Assembly (NCBI GenBank): GCA_963712115.1
Contig: CAVQGX010000026.1
Coordinates: 32,001-96,000, forward strand
Reading direction: 5' to 3'
Source: an uncultured delta proteobacterium
GTDB lineage: Bacteria > Desulfobacterota > Syntrophobacteria > BM002
DNA length: 64,000 nucleotides
Under the pieces are notes generated by a model. That model did not search any database, was not told the DNA's origin, and saw only the letters and a list, made by a program, of their open reading frames with translations. How positions within the stretch are numbered: the first letter of the stretch is position 1; each line of letters opens with the position of its first letter. Below are positions 52,654-63,357 of this stretch, one piece after another. The position numbers and the translations under genes were made by a program.

Positions 52654-54117
52654 ATGATCCAGGATCTGAAAAGGTTAATAGAACAGGTCAGCAGAGATAA
52701 AGGCATTGAGCGGGACATACTTATCGCCACTCTGGAAGAGGCCATGCGGTCTGCTGCCAGGAAAAAATTCGGCCACGATCTCGATTTGGAAGTAGCCTAC
52801 AACGATGAATTCGGAGAGATTGAAGCGTTTCAATTTAAAGAGGTAGTGGCAAAGGTAAAGGACCCAGTGTTGGAGATATCGCTCGCTGAGGGCCGCAAAT
52901 TGGACCCCGAATGTGAGATCGGAGATAGCCTGGGTATAAAATTGGACACCGACACCTTTGGCCGCATTGCTGCCCAATCAGCCAAGCAAGTCATCATCCA
53001 GAAAATGAAAGACGCCGAACGAGAGATGATCTACGAAGATTACAAGGACCGGCGCGGCGAGATCATCAACGGTATAGTTCAACGCTTGGACAAAGGGGGA
53101 ATTACAGTAAACCTGGGTCGGGCCGAGGCCATTATCCCCTACCGGGAGCAGGTGCCCCGAGAGACTTACAGAAGGGGCGATCGCATTCGGGCTTTAGTAC
53201 TGGAGGTGAACCGGGAAGCGCGCGGGCCTCAGATCATCCTCAGTCGAACCCACCCGGAGTTTATCATCAAGCTCTTCACTCTCGAGGTGCCCGAGATAGC
53301 CGAAGGCATTGTCACCATTATGGGAGCAACTCGGGAACCAGGTAGCAGGGCTAAGATAGCTGTGACCTCTAAAGATCCGGACATTGACCCCGTAGGCGCC
53401 TGTGTGGGGATGAAAGGCTCCAGGGTGCAAAGTGTGGTCCAAGAGTTGCGAGGTGAAAAAATAGACATTATTGAATACAACCCGGATCCTGCCAAATTCG
53501 TATGCAATGGGTTAGCGCCCGCAGTTATTTCCAAGGTCGTCATAGACCAGGCTAATCGTCTTATGGAGGTTATAGTTCCCGATGATCAGCTTTCTCTTGC
53601 CATAGGTAAACGGGGCCAGAATGTGCGCTTAGCCTCAAAACTTACCGAGTGGCGCATAGACGTCAAGAGTGAGAGCAAGTATCAGAAATCACTCAAAGAG
53701 GGTTATGACTCACTCCTAGCACTGCCAGGGGTCGGGGATGCTACCGCCGACACTCTCTATGAGGCTGGGTTTGCCTCGGCAGAGGAGTTGGCTGGCGGCC
53801 TAGTGGAGGAACTGGTGGCGATTCCTGGTATAAGCCAGCAGAAAGCGGTGAAGTTTCTGGACGCAGCAAAAGAATATTTGGCCGAGCAAGAGGAAACTCA
53901 GGCCGAAAAGGAGAAGGCTCAGGCCGAGCAAGAGAAAGCTCAGGCCGAACAGGAGAAAGCTCAGGCCGAGCAAGAGAAAGCTCAGGCCGAACAGGAGAAG
54001 GCTCAGGCCGAGCAAGAAGAAGCTCAGGCCGAGCAAGAGGAAGCTCAGGCCGAGCAAGAGGAAGCTCAGGCCGATGAAAAGGAAAAACCTGAGGTTGAAG
54101 AGGGTGACAAAGCATAG
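52654..54117 (+). CDS. nusA: Transcription factor NusA
   Basis: FGRIAAQSAKQ, REPGSRAKIAV and AIGKRGQN; repetitive C-terminal tail. Confidence 0.98.
   Translation: MIQDLKRLIEQVSRDKGIERDILIATLEEAMRSAARKKFGHDLDLEVAYNDEFGEIEAFQFKEVVAKVKDPVLEISLAEGRKLDPECEIGDSLGIKLDTDTFGRIAAQSAKQVIIQKMKDAEREMIYEDYKDRRGEIINGIVQRLDKGGITVNLGRAEAIIPYREQVPRETYRRGDRIRALVLEVNREARGPQIILSRTHPEFIIKLFTLEVPEIAEGIVTIMGATREPGSRAKIAVTSKDPDIDPVGACVGMKGSRVQSVVQELRGEKIDIIEYNPDPAKFVCNGLAPAVISKVVIDQANRLMEVIVPDDQLSLAIGKRGQNVRLASKLTEWRIDVKSESKYQKSLKEGYDSLLALPGVGDATADTLYEAGFASAEELAGGLVEELVAIPGISQQKAVKFLDAAKEYLAEQEETQAEKEKAQAEQEKAQAEQEKAQAEQEKAQAEQEKAQAEQEEAQAEQEEAQAEQEEAQADEKEKPEVEEGDKA
53881..54069 (+). repeat. Coding 21-nt tandem repeat x9 (AEQE[K/E]AQ)
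   Basis: GCCGARCARGARRARGCTCAG-type units. Confidence 0.95.
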
Positions 54118-54242
54118 TTAGCCGTTTCAGCTTTATGCAAGCCAGCGTGGATCCATAATATTCAGGGCTCTGGTTTGTTGCGCCACTCATGGAATGGTGG
54201 AATATTGGAAAGTTGGGCTAGATAGGAAACGAAGTGGAGCTA

Positions 54243-54527
54243 ATGGGGAAGAAAGGAAGGCAGCCGCAACGAACCTGCATTGTCTGTCGTAGCAAGAGAG
54301 CCAAGGCAGAACTTTTGAGGTTGGCCTTGGATAATAGGGAGAGAGTTTACTTAGATCACCGGCAACACCACCATGGTCGTGGGGGTTATGTGTGCTCCAG
54401 ACCAGAGTGCCTGACGCGAGTAAAACTGGTACACCTCAACAGGGCCTTTCGCCGAACACTATCTGAAGATGCATGGAATCCTGGCATGGCAATGGCTGAG
54501 GCTCTCAAGGGTTGTGAGGCTCAGTAA
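54243..54527 (+). CDS. ylxR: YlxR/RnpM family protein
   Basis: PQRTCIVCR and GRGGYVC. Confidence 0.9.
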   Translation: MGKKGRQPQRTCIVCRSKRAKAELLRLALDNRERVYLDHRQHHHGRGGYVCSRPECLTRVKLVHLNRAFRRTLSEDAWNPGMAMAEALKGCEAQ

Positions 54528-54611
54528 AAAAGGGGTTGAATTTAGCCAGACACTCAAGAGCGGGGTTATGAATTTTAGCAAGTAGTACATTAATAGAAGT
54601 CGGGGGATTGC

Positions 54612-57260
54612 ATGGCGAAGCTGAGGGTGTACGAATTGGCAAAAGAATTGGACATGCCCAACAAGGACTTGGTGGAAAAAATCGACAGCTTGGGCATTCA
54701 AATCACTGGGCACATGAGTTCTTTGGATGAAGAAGAGGCTCAGCTAGTGCGAGACACGGTAACGGGTAGGTCGCAACAACTGATTGTGGAAAAGCGGGTT
54801 CGGCGAGGAGTTATCCGCAGACGTCGAAAGGTCGTCAAGGCCGAGCCACAGTCTGAACCGGTAGAAGCAGAAATCAAACCAGAGGGAGTACCCCCCGTGG
54901 AGATTCATGCCGAAACACAGCTTGAGGGCACCGCTCCAACGGAAGCACAGTTGGAGGAAGAGTTAGCAACCGTTGTGGATGAGGAACTAACACCCGAAGC
55001 TGAAGCAGAAGCAAAAGTCGCTGAAGAAGCTGAGCCCGAGAAGAAAGTAAAAAAGAAAGTTGCAGAAAAGGAAAGAAAAATAAAGAAGCCTCGGCGACGG
55101 GTCAAGAAAGAGGCTGCGGCCAAGATAATTAAGCTTCCAGAAAGGGTCGTGGAGGTGGTTCCTGAGGAAGAGGTCAAACCCGAGGAAAAGACTGAGCCTC
55201 TGGCAGTTGAGCCCGTGCCCCCCGCGGTTGCACCCGAACCTGAGCCAGAAAAGAAGACGGCCAAAGCAAAAAAGAAGAAAGGTAGACGTGCACGTATTGA
55301 GGAGGAGGAAGAGGAACGGCTTGCCAGAAAGAAACTGCCCAGTCGTCGCAAAGAGGTGGTTAGCGGGGCAGATCTTTATGAAAGGCGTACCATTCCAGGC
55401 CGGGCTATGAAAGGTCGGAGGGTAGCTCGAGCGGTTGCCAAAGACCTCAAAAAGACTGAGATCACAGTTCCGAAGGCTGTCAAGCGTCGGCTAAGAGTTG
55501 ACGAGGCCATAACCGTAGGGAATCTCGCCAAGCGCATGGGAATCAAGGCTACTGAGGTCATCAGAAAACTAATGGAATTGGGCCTCATGGCAACTCTTAA
55601 TCAGGCGATCGATTTTGACACAGCGGCCCTGGTGGCAGCGGAATTTAGCTACGAGACGGAGAAGACTAGTTTTGAGGAAACAGAAATCATCCAGGCCACA
55701 CCCGATCGGGAGGAAGACCTAAAACCTCGACCTCCGGTCGTAACCATTATGGGACACGTCGACCACGGCAAAACCTCCCTGCTTGACGCCATCAGGGAGA
55801 CCAAGGTTACAGAGAGAGAGGCGGGGGGTATCACTCAGCATATTGGTGCCTACAACGTGAGCCTAGACGCCGGGCAAGTTGTTTTCTTGGACACGCCGGG
55901 GCATGAAGCCTTCACCGCCATGCGGGCCCGCGGTGCCCGGGTGACAGATCTGGTTGTTCTAGTAGTGGCGGCGGACGATGGGGTCATGCAGCAAACGGTT
56001 GAGGCAATCAACCATGCCCAGGCGGCAGATGTTCCCATATTGGTGGCCATTAACAAGATAGACAAGGAAAACGCTAACCCCGATAAGGTAAAAAGGGAGT
56101 TGGCCGAAAGAGGACTCTCTCCAGAGGAATGGGGCGGCGAGACCACAATGGTGGAAGTCTCTGCCAAGAAGAAGATAGGGCTGGATGAGCTGCTCGAGCT
56201 AATTCTGCTCCAGGCAGAGCTTATGGAACTCAAGGCCAATCCTAACAAGAAGTCCAGAGGCAGGGTGATCGAGGCTAGATTGGACACAGGAAAAGGGCCG
56301 CTGGCTACCGTTTTGGTGCAGGAGGGAACCCTGCGAGCCGGAGATCCTTTCGTCTGTGGGACCTTCCACGGAAGAGTTCGAGCAATGCTAGATGATCTGG
56401 GGCGCAAAGTAGAACAAGCGGAGCCCTCAATGCCGGTGGAGGTCCATGGTATATCAGGGGTGCCACAGGCAGGCGACGAGTTTGTGGTTGTGGAGGATGA
56501 GAGGCAGGCAAGACAGGTAGCAGCCCACAGGCAGCTAAAACTCCGCGAAGCTGAGCTTTCCCGAGCTACCAAGGTGACCTTGGATAACCTTTTCGCCCGA
56601 ATCAAAGAAGGGGAAACCAAAGAGCTCAGGATGGTGCTCAAAGCTGACGTGCAGGGCTCCTTGGGCGCAATTATTGACTCTTTGAACAACCTCAGTACCG
56701 AGGAAATCAAAGTTAACGTCATTCACAGCGCCGCAGGGGCGGTTACTGAGACTGACATAATGCTGGCCTCAGCTTCTGACGCCATAGTTATTGGTTTTAG
56801 CGTTAGGGCCCCTCAGAAAGTTCAAGAGCTGGCCGAAGCTGAGAAGGTGGATCTGCGCTTCTACGACGTCATCTACCAACTGGTTGCTGATGTAAAAGAC
56901 GCAATGGAGGGAATGCTGGAGCCCATCTACAAAGAGCACTTTATGGGTCGCGCCGAGGTACTCAAGACCTTCACTGTTTCCCGACTTGGAACAGTGGCTG
57001 GCTCGATGATCAACGAAGGCCGGGTGGAAAAGGGAGCCAAGATCCGGGTCCTACGTGACAATGTGGTGATCAATGACAGCAAGATCGCTTCACTCAGAAG
57101 ATATAAAGATGAGGTTAAGGAGGTAAAGGCAGGTCAAGACTGCGGCATAATGATTGAGAAGTTTAACGATGTCAAGATTGGGGACATCCTGGAGACTTAT
57201 ACAGTCGAAGAGATTAAAGCTGTCCTGGAGCCCGGCAAAGGCAATAAAAAGTCGGAATAG
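54612..57260 (+). CDS. infB: Translation initiation factor IF-2
   Basis: GHVDHGKT, DTPGH and NKID. Confidence 0.99.
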   Translation: MAKLRVYELAKELDMPNKDLVEKIDSLGIQITGHMSSLDEEEAQLVRDTVTGRSQQLIVEKRVRRGVIRRRRKVVKAEPQSEPVEAEIKPEGVPPVEIHAETQLEGTAPTEAQLEEELATVVDEELTPEAEAEAKVAEEAEPEKKVKKKVAEKERKIKKPRRRVKKEAAAKIIKLPERVVEVVPEEEVKPEEKTEPLAVEPVPPAVAPEPEPEKKTAKAKKKKGRRARIEEEEEERLARKKLPSRRKEVVSGADLYERRTIPGRAMKGRRVARAVAKDLKKTEITVPKAVKRRLRVDEAITVGNLAKRMGIKATEVIRKLMELGLMATLNQAIDFDTAALVAAEFSYETEKTSFEETEIIQATPDREEDLKPRPPVVTIMGHVDHGKTSLLDAIRETKVTEREAGGITQHIGAYNVSLDAGQVVFLDTPGHEAFTAMRARGARVTDLVVLVVAADDGVMQQTVEAINHAQAADVPILVAINKIDKENANPDKVKRELAERGLSPEEWGGETTMVEVSAKKKIGLDELLELILLQAELMELKANPNKKSRGRVIEARLDTGKGPLATVLVQEGTLRAGDPFVCGTFHGRVRAMLDDLGRKVEQAEPSMPVEVHGISGVPQAGDEFVVVEDERQARQVAAHRQLKLREAELSRATKVTLDNLFARIKEGETKELRMVLKADVQGSLGAIIDSLNNLSTEEIKVNVIHSAAGAVTETDIMLASASDAIVIGFSVRAPQKVQELAEAEKVDLRFYDVIYQLVADVKDAMEGMLEPIYKEHFMGRAEVLKTFTVSRLGTVAGSMINEGRVEKGAKIRVLRDNVVINDSKIASLRRYKDEVKEVKAGQDCGIMIEKFNDVKIGDILETYTVEEIKAVLEPGKGNKKSE

Positions 57261-57333
57261 GGAGGCTGGTGAAACTCTCTCCTCAGTGCTTGGTGTTGAG
57301 GAGGGGTACCGCTAAGGTCGAAAGGGCACGGCG

Positions 57334-57621
57334 ATGGTTGTTGGGGTTGCAAAGCTAAGCCTGCGTTTGCCAGGAAACAAATCGCTCAAGGGGAAACGTA
57401 AGGTGATTAAGAGCATTTCCGAAAGGTTGCGCCAGCGTTTCAATCTGGCAGTGGCCGAGACCGACGCCCAGGATTTATGGCAGACTGGAGAGTTAGGGCT
57501 TGTGGCAGTCGGCAACCAGACTGGATACATCGACTCAAAATTGGACAAAGCAATCAATTTTGTCGAAAATATGCAAGTGGCTGAAATTATTAGGATCCAA
57601 AGGGAATTAATTCACTTCTAG
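57334..57621 (+). CDS. DUF503 (YlxP) protein
   Basis: SLKGKR...RFNLAVAE; conserved position after infB. Confidence 0.92.
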   Translation: MVVGVAKLSLRLPGNKSLKGKRKVIKSISERLRQRFNLAVAETDAQDLWQTGELGLVAVGNQTGYIDSKLDKAINFVENMQVAEIIRIQRELIHF

Positions 57622-57696
57622 ATTCTGGATTCTGGATACTAGATACTTGATAGTGGATCGAGTCTAGAGAATTTAGCATCGAGCATCGAGAAACTC

Positions 57697-58047
57697 ATGG
57701 AAAACAAAAGAGCAGATCGGATTGCGGATCTCATTTTGAAAGAGCTCGCCGAGGTACTTTTGCGCAGGGTGAAAGACCCCCGTCTGGCTGACATCACCTT
57801 GACCAATGTTGAGGTGTCACCGGACCTTCGTCATGCAAAGGTATATTACAGTCTATTGGGGGATGATGAGAAAAGAAATAAAGCAACTGTGGGTCTAGAA
57901 AGTGCTAGAGGATTTGTCAAGCGTGAGTTGGGCAAGAGGTTGCAGCTGAGGCGAATGCCGGATATCTCATTTTACTTTGATGCTTCCCTGGAACACGGAT
58001 CCCAAATTGACCGGCTACTTGCTGAACTCAAGGAATCTGACCATTGA
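57697..58047 (+). CDS. rbfA: Ribosome-binding factor A
   Basis: KDPRL, SPDLRHAKVY and RRMP. Confidence 0.97.
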   Translation: MENKRADRIADLILKELAEVLLRRVKDPRLADITLTNVEVSPDLRHAKVYYSLLGDDEKRNKATVGLESARGFVKRELGKRLQLRRMPDISFYFDASLEHGSQIDRLLAELKESDH

Positions 58048-59012
58048 TAGAGGCTATCGCAAAAGAGCTTAGAGATAACAAACGTTTTCTCCTGACTACC
58101 CACGTAAATCCAGACGGAGACGCCATCGGTTCCCTTGGGGCTCTTGCCTTGGTACTCGAGGATCTGGGCAAAGAGGTGGTGGCCTACTGTCAGGATGAGA
58201 TACCTGGGTTTCTGCGATTTCTCCCCTATTCAGAGCGGATAGTAAGGGAGATCCCGGGTCCCAATGGGTTTGATGTGGCGGTGGTGCTGGATTGTGGAGA
58301 ACTTGACCGGATTGGCAACGCTGCCGAGGCTTTACAACAAGTCGAGAAAATCATCCATATCGACCACCATAGCTCCAGCGATGATTTCGGCCAGCTGAAT
58401 CTGGTCCGACCGGAGTGTAGTAGCACAGCCGAAATTCTCTACGAGATTTTTCAGGCTATCCCGGCGTCTTTGAGCTCGGAAGCAGCAGAGAACATCTACA
58501 CCGCTATCCTGACCGACACAGGCTCTTTTCGTTTTGCCAACACCACGGCAAGAGCCCTGGACATAGCGGCAGAAATGGTGGCCCTCGGAGTGGCGCCGGA
58601 CAAGATTGCCAGTGAGGTCTACGACAGCATGAGCCCCGAGCGCTTGCAATTGTTGGCTCTCAGCCTCAACACTCTAACTTTGTGGGCAAATGGCCGTCTG
58701 GCCACCATGCAGGTGAGTCGGCGGATGCTGGAAGAGACTAAGACTTCTGTCATGGACACCGACGGGTTCGTCAATTATCCGCGAGGGATAAACACCGCTG
58801 AGATGGCCATTTTTTTCAGAGAAATGGATTCGGGCAAGGTAAACGTCAGCTTGAGGTCTCGGGGTGGGCTGAATGTAGCCGAATTTGCTCGCAATTATGA
58901 CGGCGGTGGCCATCATAATGCGGCGGCATTTCGTGCCGAAGGATCTCTAACTGAAGTGGTTGAGGAAGTCTTAGCAGCAGCAGAGGAATTCATTGCTGGA
59001 GGATCGCAGTGA
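58044..59012 (+). CDS. nrnA: DHH/DHHA1 phosphoesterase NrnA
   Basis: HVNPDGDA, IDHH, TDTG and GGGH. Confidence 0.92.
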   Translation: MIEAIAKELRDNKRFLLTTHVNPDGDAIGSLGALALVLEDLGKEVVAYCQDEIPGFLRFLPYSERIVREIPGPNGFDVAVVLDCGELDRIGNAAEALQQVEKIIHIDHHSSSDDFGQLNLVRPECSSTAEILYEIFQAIPASLSSEAAENIYTAILTDTGSFRFANTTARALDIAAEMVALGVAPDKIASEVYDSMSPERLQLLALSLNTLTLWANGRLATMQVSRRMLEETKTSVMDTDGFVNYPRGINTAEMAIFFREMDSGKVNVSLRSRGGLNVAEFARNYDGGGHHNAAAFRAEGSLTEVVEEVLAAAEEFIAGGSQ

Positions 59013-59995
59013 ATTTGAGCCCAAGTTTGAAGCCAAAAGAACGAGCCTACGGTCAGGCCAAATTCACCGCTAATGGTGTTCTGGTTTTAGATAAACCAAC
59101 AGGCTTGACCTCCCATGATGTGGTCAAGGAGGTGAAAATAAGGCTGGGAGCGCTCAAGGTGGGACACAGTGGCACTTTGGATCCCTTTGCTACGGGGGTT
59201 CTCATTCTGCTGATTAACCGCGCCACAAAGCTCGCTCCCTTTCTCTTGGACCAGGACAAGAGATATCGTTTTACTGTTAAATTTGGAGTTGAGACTGATA
59301 CCCAGGACAGCACCGGCAGGGTGGTTGCTACCTATCCGTGTGGACCCTTACCTGAGGGCGAAATAAGAGAGGCCTGTGCTGCCTTTTTAGGCGACATAGA
59401 GCAGAGGGTCCCCCGCTTTTCAGCCGTTCGTGTAGGGGGACAAAGACTTTATCGGCTGGCGCGCCAAGGTGTCGATGTGACTCCACCCTGTCGCACAGTG
59501 AAGATCAAGAATTTTGACCTCTGCGACCTAAGCTGGCCAGAGGTTACATTTGAGGTCACCTGCTCTAAAGGAACTTACGTGAGAAGTCTTGGAGCAGATC
59601 TGGCCTGTCACTTGAACTGCAGTGGACATGTGAGCAAGTTACGACGGCTTGCCAGTGGGGGATTTGACCTGAGACAGGCCCTGACCCTGGAAAAATTTAA
59701 ACAAATTGTCGACAAGGGAGAACTTGGCCAGAACCTTATCTCGCCAGCACAGGCATTGTCTAACTATCCTGAACTAAGAGTTTCTTATGTGGCTGCCAAC
59801 ACTATCCGCCGGGGAGGTAGGCTAAACTCGAGAGAGTTTCTTGAATCTGAACTCAGCCTCGAAGGTCCCTATAGGGTTCTGGACCCCGGTAATAACCTGG
59901 TGGCGATGGTTGCCAAATCGGGTCAAAGACCCAGTGATGGGCACGAAGGGGAGATCACATTCAAGACTTTACGCGTTTTTGGGCCAATTTCTTAG
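59009..59995 (+). CDS. truB: tRNA pseudouridine(55) synthase
   Basis: GHSGTLDP and CSKGTYVRSL. Confidence 0.97.
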   Translation: MNLSPSLKPKERAYGQAKFTANGVLVLDKPTGLTSHDVVKEVKIRLGALKVGHSGTLDPFATGVLILLINRATKLAPFLLDQDKRYRFTVKFGVETDTQDSTGRVVATYPCGPLPEGEIREACAAFLGDIEQRVPRFSAVRVGGQRLYRLARQGVDVTPPCRTVKIKNFDLCDLSWPEVTFEVTCSKGTYVRSLGADLACHLNCSGHVSKLRRLASGGFDLRQALTLEKFKQIVDKGELGQNLISPAQALSNYPELRVSYVAANTIRRGGRLNSREFLESELSLEGPYRVLDPGNNLVAMVAKSGQRPSDGHEGEITFKTLRVFGPIS

Positions 59996-60176
59996 CCCGG
60001 ATATTTCATGAATTGTCTTCGGGAGACTGTGAAGATGGGCGTGCCACCGGGCAACCGCAGGGGGTTGGATCCGAGGCGTACTTGAATAGTACGTCGCAGG
60101 GTCGAACACCCGAGGACGCCCGGAAGGACGGCCATATCCACGGTCGCAGCAGGCGATTCATGAAATATCCGGGTTA
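59993..60176. mobile_element. MITE-like element, 184 nt
   Basis: 21-nt TIRs TAGCCCGGATATTTCATGAAT / ATTCATGAAATATCCGGGTTA (1 mismatch), TA at both ends, internal stems; supplies the truB stop. Confidence 0.8.
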
Positions 60177-60230
60177 TAGGGTAAATCTAAGGTTCTGGGA
60201 CGAAGAGCCTCTATTTTAGGCAAATTTATT

Positions 60231-60478
60231 AGGGTCCGGGAAACCTGGTCCTTCCGCCGGGTCAAAGTTAAATGGCTTTGCCAATAAAGATGGCGAGCTG
60301 TTCTGGAGTACTGGAGTACTGGAGTATTGGAAAAAGCTAAAACCCGAATGTCAAATTGAATAAGTTTTTATCATTACTCCATCGCTCCACCACTCCATTA
60401 CTCCAGCAGAATCCCGCATCGAGGAAAGACCAGCTCTGGGGTCCGCTCAAGGCCAGGTCCTCAGGGCCTGGATTCCTT
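60231..60478. repeat. Large imperfect palindrome with TGGAGTAC/TTACTCCA octamer core
   Basis: CTGGAGTA units facing TACTCCA units, inside outer arms ACCTGGTCCTT / AAGGCCAGGT. Confidence 0.7.
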
Positions 60479-60528
60479 ACTAGGAATGGTGAATAAGCTA
60501 AAGGTCGAAACACGAGGAGGTATTAACT

Positions 60529-60798
60529 GTGGCACTAACGGTTGAAAGGAAAAAAGAAGTAATAGAGATCTTCAAAACACATGAGACCGATACTGGATCT
60601 CCTGAAGTGCAGATAGCTTTGCTCAGCGAGCGCATCAACTATCTCACTGAGCATTTCAAAACTCACAAAAAAGACCATCATTCAAGGAGGGGATTGCTAA
60701 AACTGGTAGGGCAGCGTCGCCGTCTCCTAGATTATCTCAAACGCAAGGACATTGATCGCTATCGAGTCGTTATTGAGCGACTAGGTCTTCGTCGTTAA
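60529..60798 (+). CDS. rpsO: 30S ribosomal protein S15
   Basis: [10 protein letters not shown] and KDHHSRRGL. Confidence 0.99.
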   Translation: MALTVERKKEVIEIFKTHETDTGSPEVQIALLSERINYLTEHFKTHKKDHHSRRGLLKLVGQRRRLLDYLKRKDIDRYRVVIERLGLRR

Positions 60799-60992
60799 TC
60801 GAGGCAGGAGTCCATTTATGGTATTTCCGGGAATCTCTTGGCAATTTATCCCAAGAAAGATCCATGTATCTACAAAAAGAATTTTTATTATATGCGGCCT
60901 TGCCGAGAAAGTGAGATCCGCAGAACTCGGCATTGCTTTATTGCTAGTTGGCTGTTGCCAGATAAAGCTGCTGAAGTAAAGGAAACAAAATT

Positions 60993-63095
60993 ATGAAGGA
61001 AATAGTTGAAATTGAAGTAGGTGGCCGAAGATTCAGGCTTGAAACTGGGGAGATGGCAAAACAGGCTAGTGGTGCTGTACTCGTCAGCTACGGAGAAACG
61101 GTGGTTCTGGTTACCGCGGTTGGTGAGGAAAGGATCCGTGAGGGCATCGATTTCCTGCCGCTAAGCGTGGACTATATGGAAAAAGGCTTTGCTGTGGGTA
61201 GGATCCCTGGCGGTTTTTTCCGCCGCGAAATTGGTCGACCCAGCGAGAGAGAAACACTGACATCCCGCCTAATTGATCGACCAATCCGGCCCCTTTTTCC
61301 GAAAAAATATCGAAAGGAAATCCAGGTGATTGCCACCGTGCTCTCTGCCGATCCTGATAACGACCCGGGTATGGTAGCAATGGTGGGGGCATCCGCGGCA
61401 CTGGAAATTTCCGACATACCCTTTCAAGGACCAATAGGTGCTGTAAAGGTAGGACGGTGCAATGGTGAGTTGATAATCAATCCAACTGCAGTCCAGTTGG
61501 AAATGAGCGATCTTGATGTGGCTGTGGCCGGCAACCGTCAGGGCATCGTCATGGTGGAGGGTAATGCCCAATTTGTCAGTGAAGATGATTTATTGGAGGC
61601 GCTCTATTTCGCCCACGATGCAATACAGCCCATCTTGGATATGCAGGAGACACTGAAATCCCGCTGCGGCAAGAGTAAGAAAACATTTGAGCCTCCCGAG
61701 GAAGATCAAGCTCTAGCGGCTAGGGTGGCAGAGCTTTCCCAACAGAGAATTGCGGAAGCCAACACCACCGCCGAAAAAGAAGCCCGCTATCTCCTGCGGA
61801 GTTCCGTGATCCAGGAGATCATGGAAAAACTCGGTCCGGACTTTGCGCAACGTGAGTCAGAAGTGCGAGAGATTGTCCATAACATCGAGAAGAAGTTCGT
61901 GCGTGAGATGGCACTCGCCCGCAAGACTAGGATCGACAACAGAGGGCTCAAAGACATTCGGCACATTGATTGTCAGGTTGGTCGCTTGCCCCGAACCCAC
62001 GGTTCCGGACTTTTCACCCGCGGTGAGACCCAGGTACTCTCTGTGGTGACTTTGGGATCCTCCTCTGACGAACAGAAGATAGAGGCTTTGGAGGGTGATG
62101 AGTTTAAGAGTTTCATGCTCCACTATAATTTTCCTCCCTATTGTGTGGGGGAGGCCAGATTCCTTAGAGGACCTAGCCGACGGGAAATTGGTCATGGGGC
62201 TCTGGCTGAGAGAACCCTGAAAAAAGTACTTCCCTCCCATGAAGATTTCCCTTACACAGTTCGGGTGGTGGCGGAGGTGTTGGAATCCAATGGTTCCTCT
62301 TCCATGGCCTCGGTGTGTGCCAGTTCCCTTGCTCTTATGGATGCGGGGGTGCCGCTGAAAAAAGCCGTGGCCGGAATCGCCATGGGTCTGATCAAGGAAG
62401 ATGACCGGGTCGCCATTCTCAGCGATATCCTCGGTGATGAGGACCACCTGGGAGACATGGACTTCAAGGTGACCGGTAGCTCTGAAGGAGTTGTAGCCCT
62501 GCAGATGGACATCAAGGTGGCAGGTGTACCACGTGAGGTCATGCGTCAGGCTCTATTTCAAGCCAAAGAGGGTCGGCTCCACATTCTGGAGGAGATGAGC
62601 AAGACCATATCGGCGCCTCGTGAGGAACTCTCACCTTACGCACCCAGAGTTCTGAGCATTCAAATACATCCGGATAAAATCCGCGACGTCATCGGTCCTG
62701 GCGGCAAAATAATTCGTAATATAATTGCCGAAACCAACACCAAGATTGATGTTGAAGATGATGGCAAGGTGACCATTATGAGCCCTGATCTCGCCGGCTG
62801 TCAAAAGGCGGTGGAGATGATCGAAAAGCTTACGGCTGAAGCAGAGGTTGGTGGTCTTTATCTGGGTAAAGTGCGTAAAATTACTGACTTTGGGGCATTT
62901 GTGGAGATACTTCCCGGGACTGATGGGTTGGTACATATTTCACAGCTGGATCATGAACGAGTTCAGAAGGTGAGAGACGTACTGAATGAAGGAGACGAGG
63001 TATTGGTCAAGGTGCTGGAAATCGACAGAGACGGGCGTATTCGTCTCAGTCGAAAAGCCGCCCTGGGAGAATCTCTCAGCAAAGTACGAAATTAG
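60993..63095 (+). CDS. pnp: Polynucleotide phosphorylase
   Basis: [17 protein letters not shown] and DMDFKV; KH and S1 domains. Confidence 0.99.
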   Translation: MKEIVEIEVGGRRFRLETGEMAKQASGAVLVSYGETVVLVTAVGEERIREGIDFLPLSVDYMEKGFAVGRIPGGFFRREIGRPSERETLTSRLIDRPIRPLFPKKYRKEIQVIATVLSADPDNDPGMVAMVGASAALEISDIPFQGPIGAVKVGRCNGELIINPTAVQLEMSDLDVAVAGNRQGIVMVEGNAQFVSEDDLLEALYFAHDAIQPILDMQETLKSRCGKSKKTFEPPEEDQALAARVAELSQQRIAEANTTAEKEARYLLRSSVIQEIMEKLGPDFAQRESEVREIVHNIEKKFVREMALARKTRIDNRGLKDIRHIDCQVGRLPRTHGSGLFTRGETQVLSVVTLGSSSDEQKIEALEGDEFKSFMLHYNFPPYCVGEARFLRGPSRREIGHGALAERTLKKVLPSHEDFPYTVRVVAEVLESNGSSSMASVCASSLALMDAGVPLKKAVAGIAMGLIKEDDRVAILSDILGDEDHLGDMDFKVTGSSEGVVALQMDIKVAGVPREVMRQALFQAKEGRLHILEEMSKTISAPREELSPYAPRVLSIQIHPDKIRDVIGPGGKIIRNIIAETNTKIDVEDDGKVTIMSPDLAGCQKAVEMIEKLTAEAEVGGLYLGKVRKITDFGAFVEILPGTDGLVHISQLDHERVQKVRDVLNEGDEVLVKVLEIDRDGRIRLSRKAALGESLSKVRN

Positions 63096-63135
63096 AGGCT
63101 CACAGCATTCACGGCAGAGCACCCTGCCGCTCATG

Positions 63136-63327
63136 GTCATTGGGCCACTGAACGTGGCCGTCACTACGCTTCGCTGTCATTTATAGTCATTTATTGTTAG
63201 GACATAATGACCACAAATGACGGCCGTAAGGCCTCATGACGGGCGCCAGCCCGAATGACGCCGAAGGCAAATGACCATAAGTGACGAACGCTAGCCCTGT
63301 TGCCGGCGAAGCCAACTGAGGCGCAGC
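63136..63327. repeat. GTCAT/ATGAC element, copy E
   Basis: Same hairpin modules (GGCCGTAAGGCC, GGGCGCCAGCCC, GCCGAAGGC, GGCGAAGCC) in a different order. Confidence 0.8.
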
Positions 63328-63357
63328 ATATGGCATCATCAATGAGGGAGCTGAAGG

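Noticed and set aside
53741-54190. Minus-strand repeat ORFs (RPELSLA / LLGLSF)
   Set aside because: Antisense shadows of the nusA tandem repeat.
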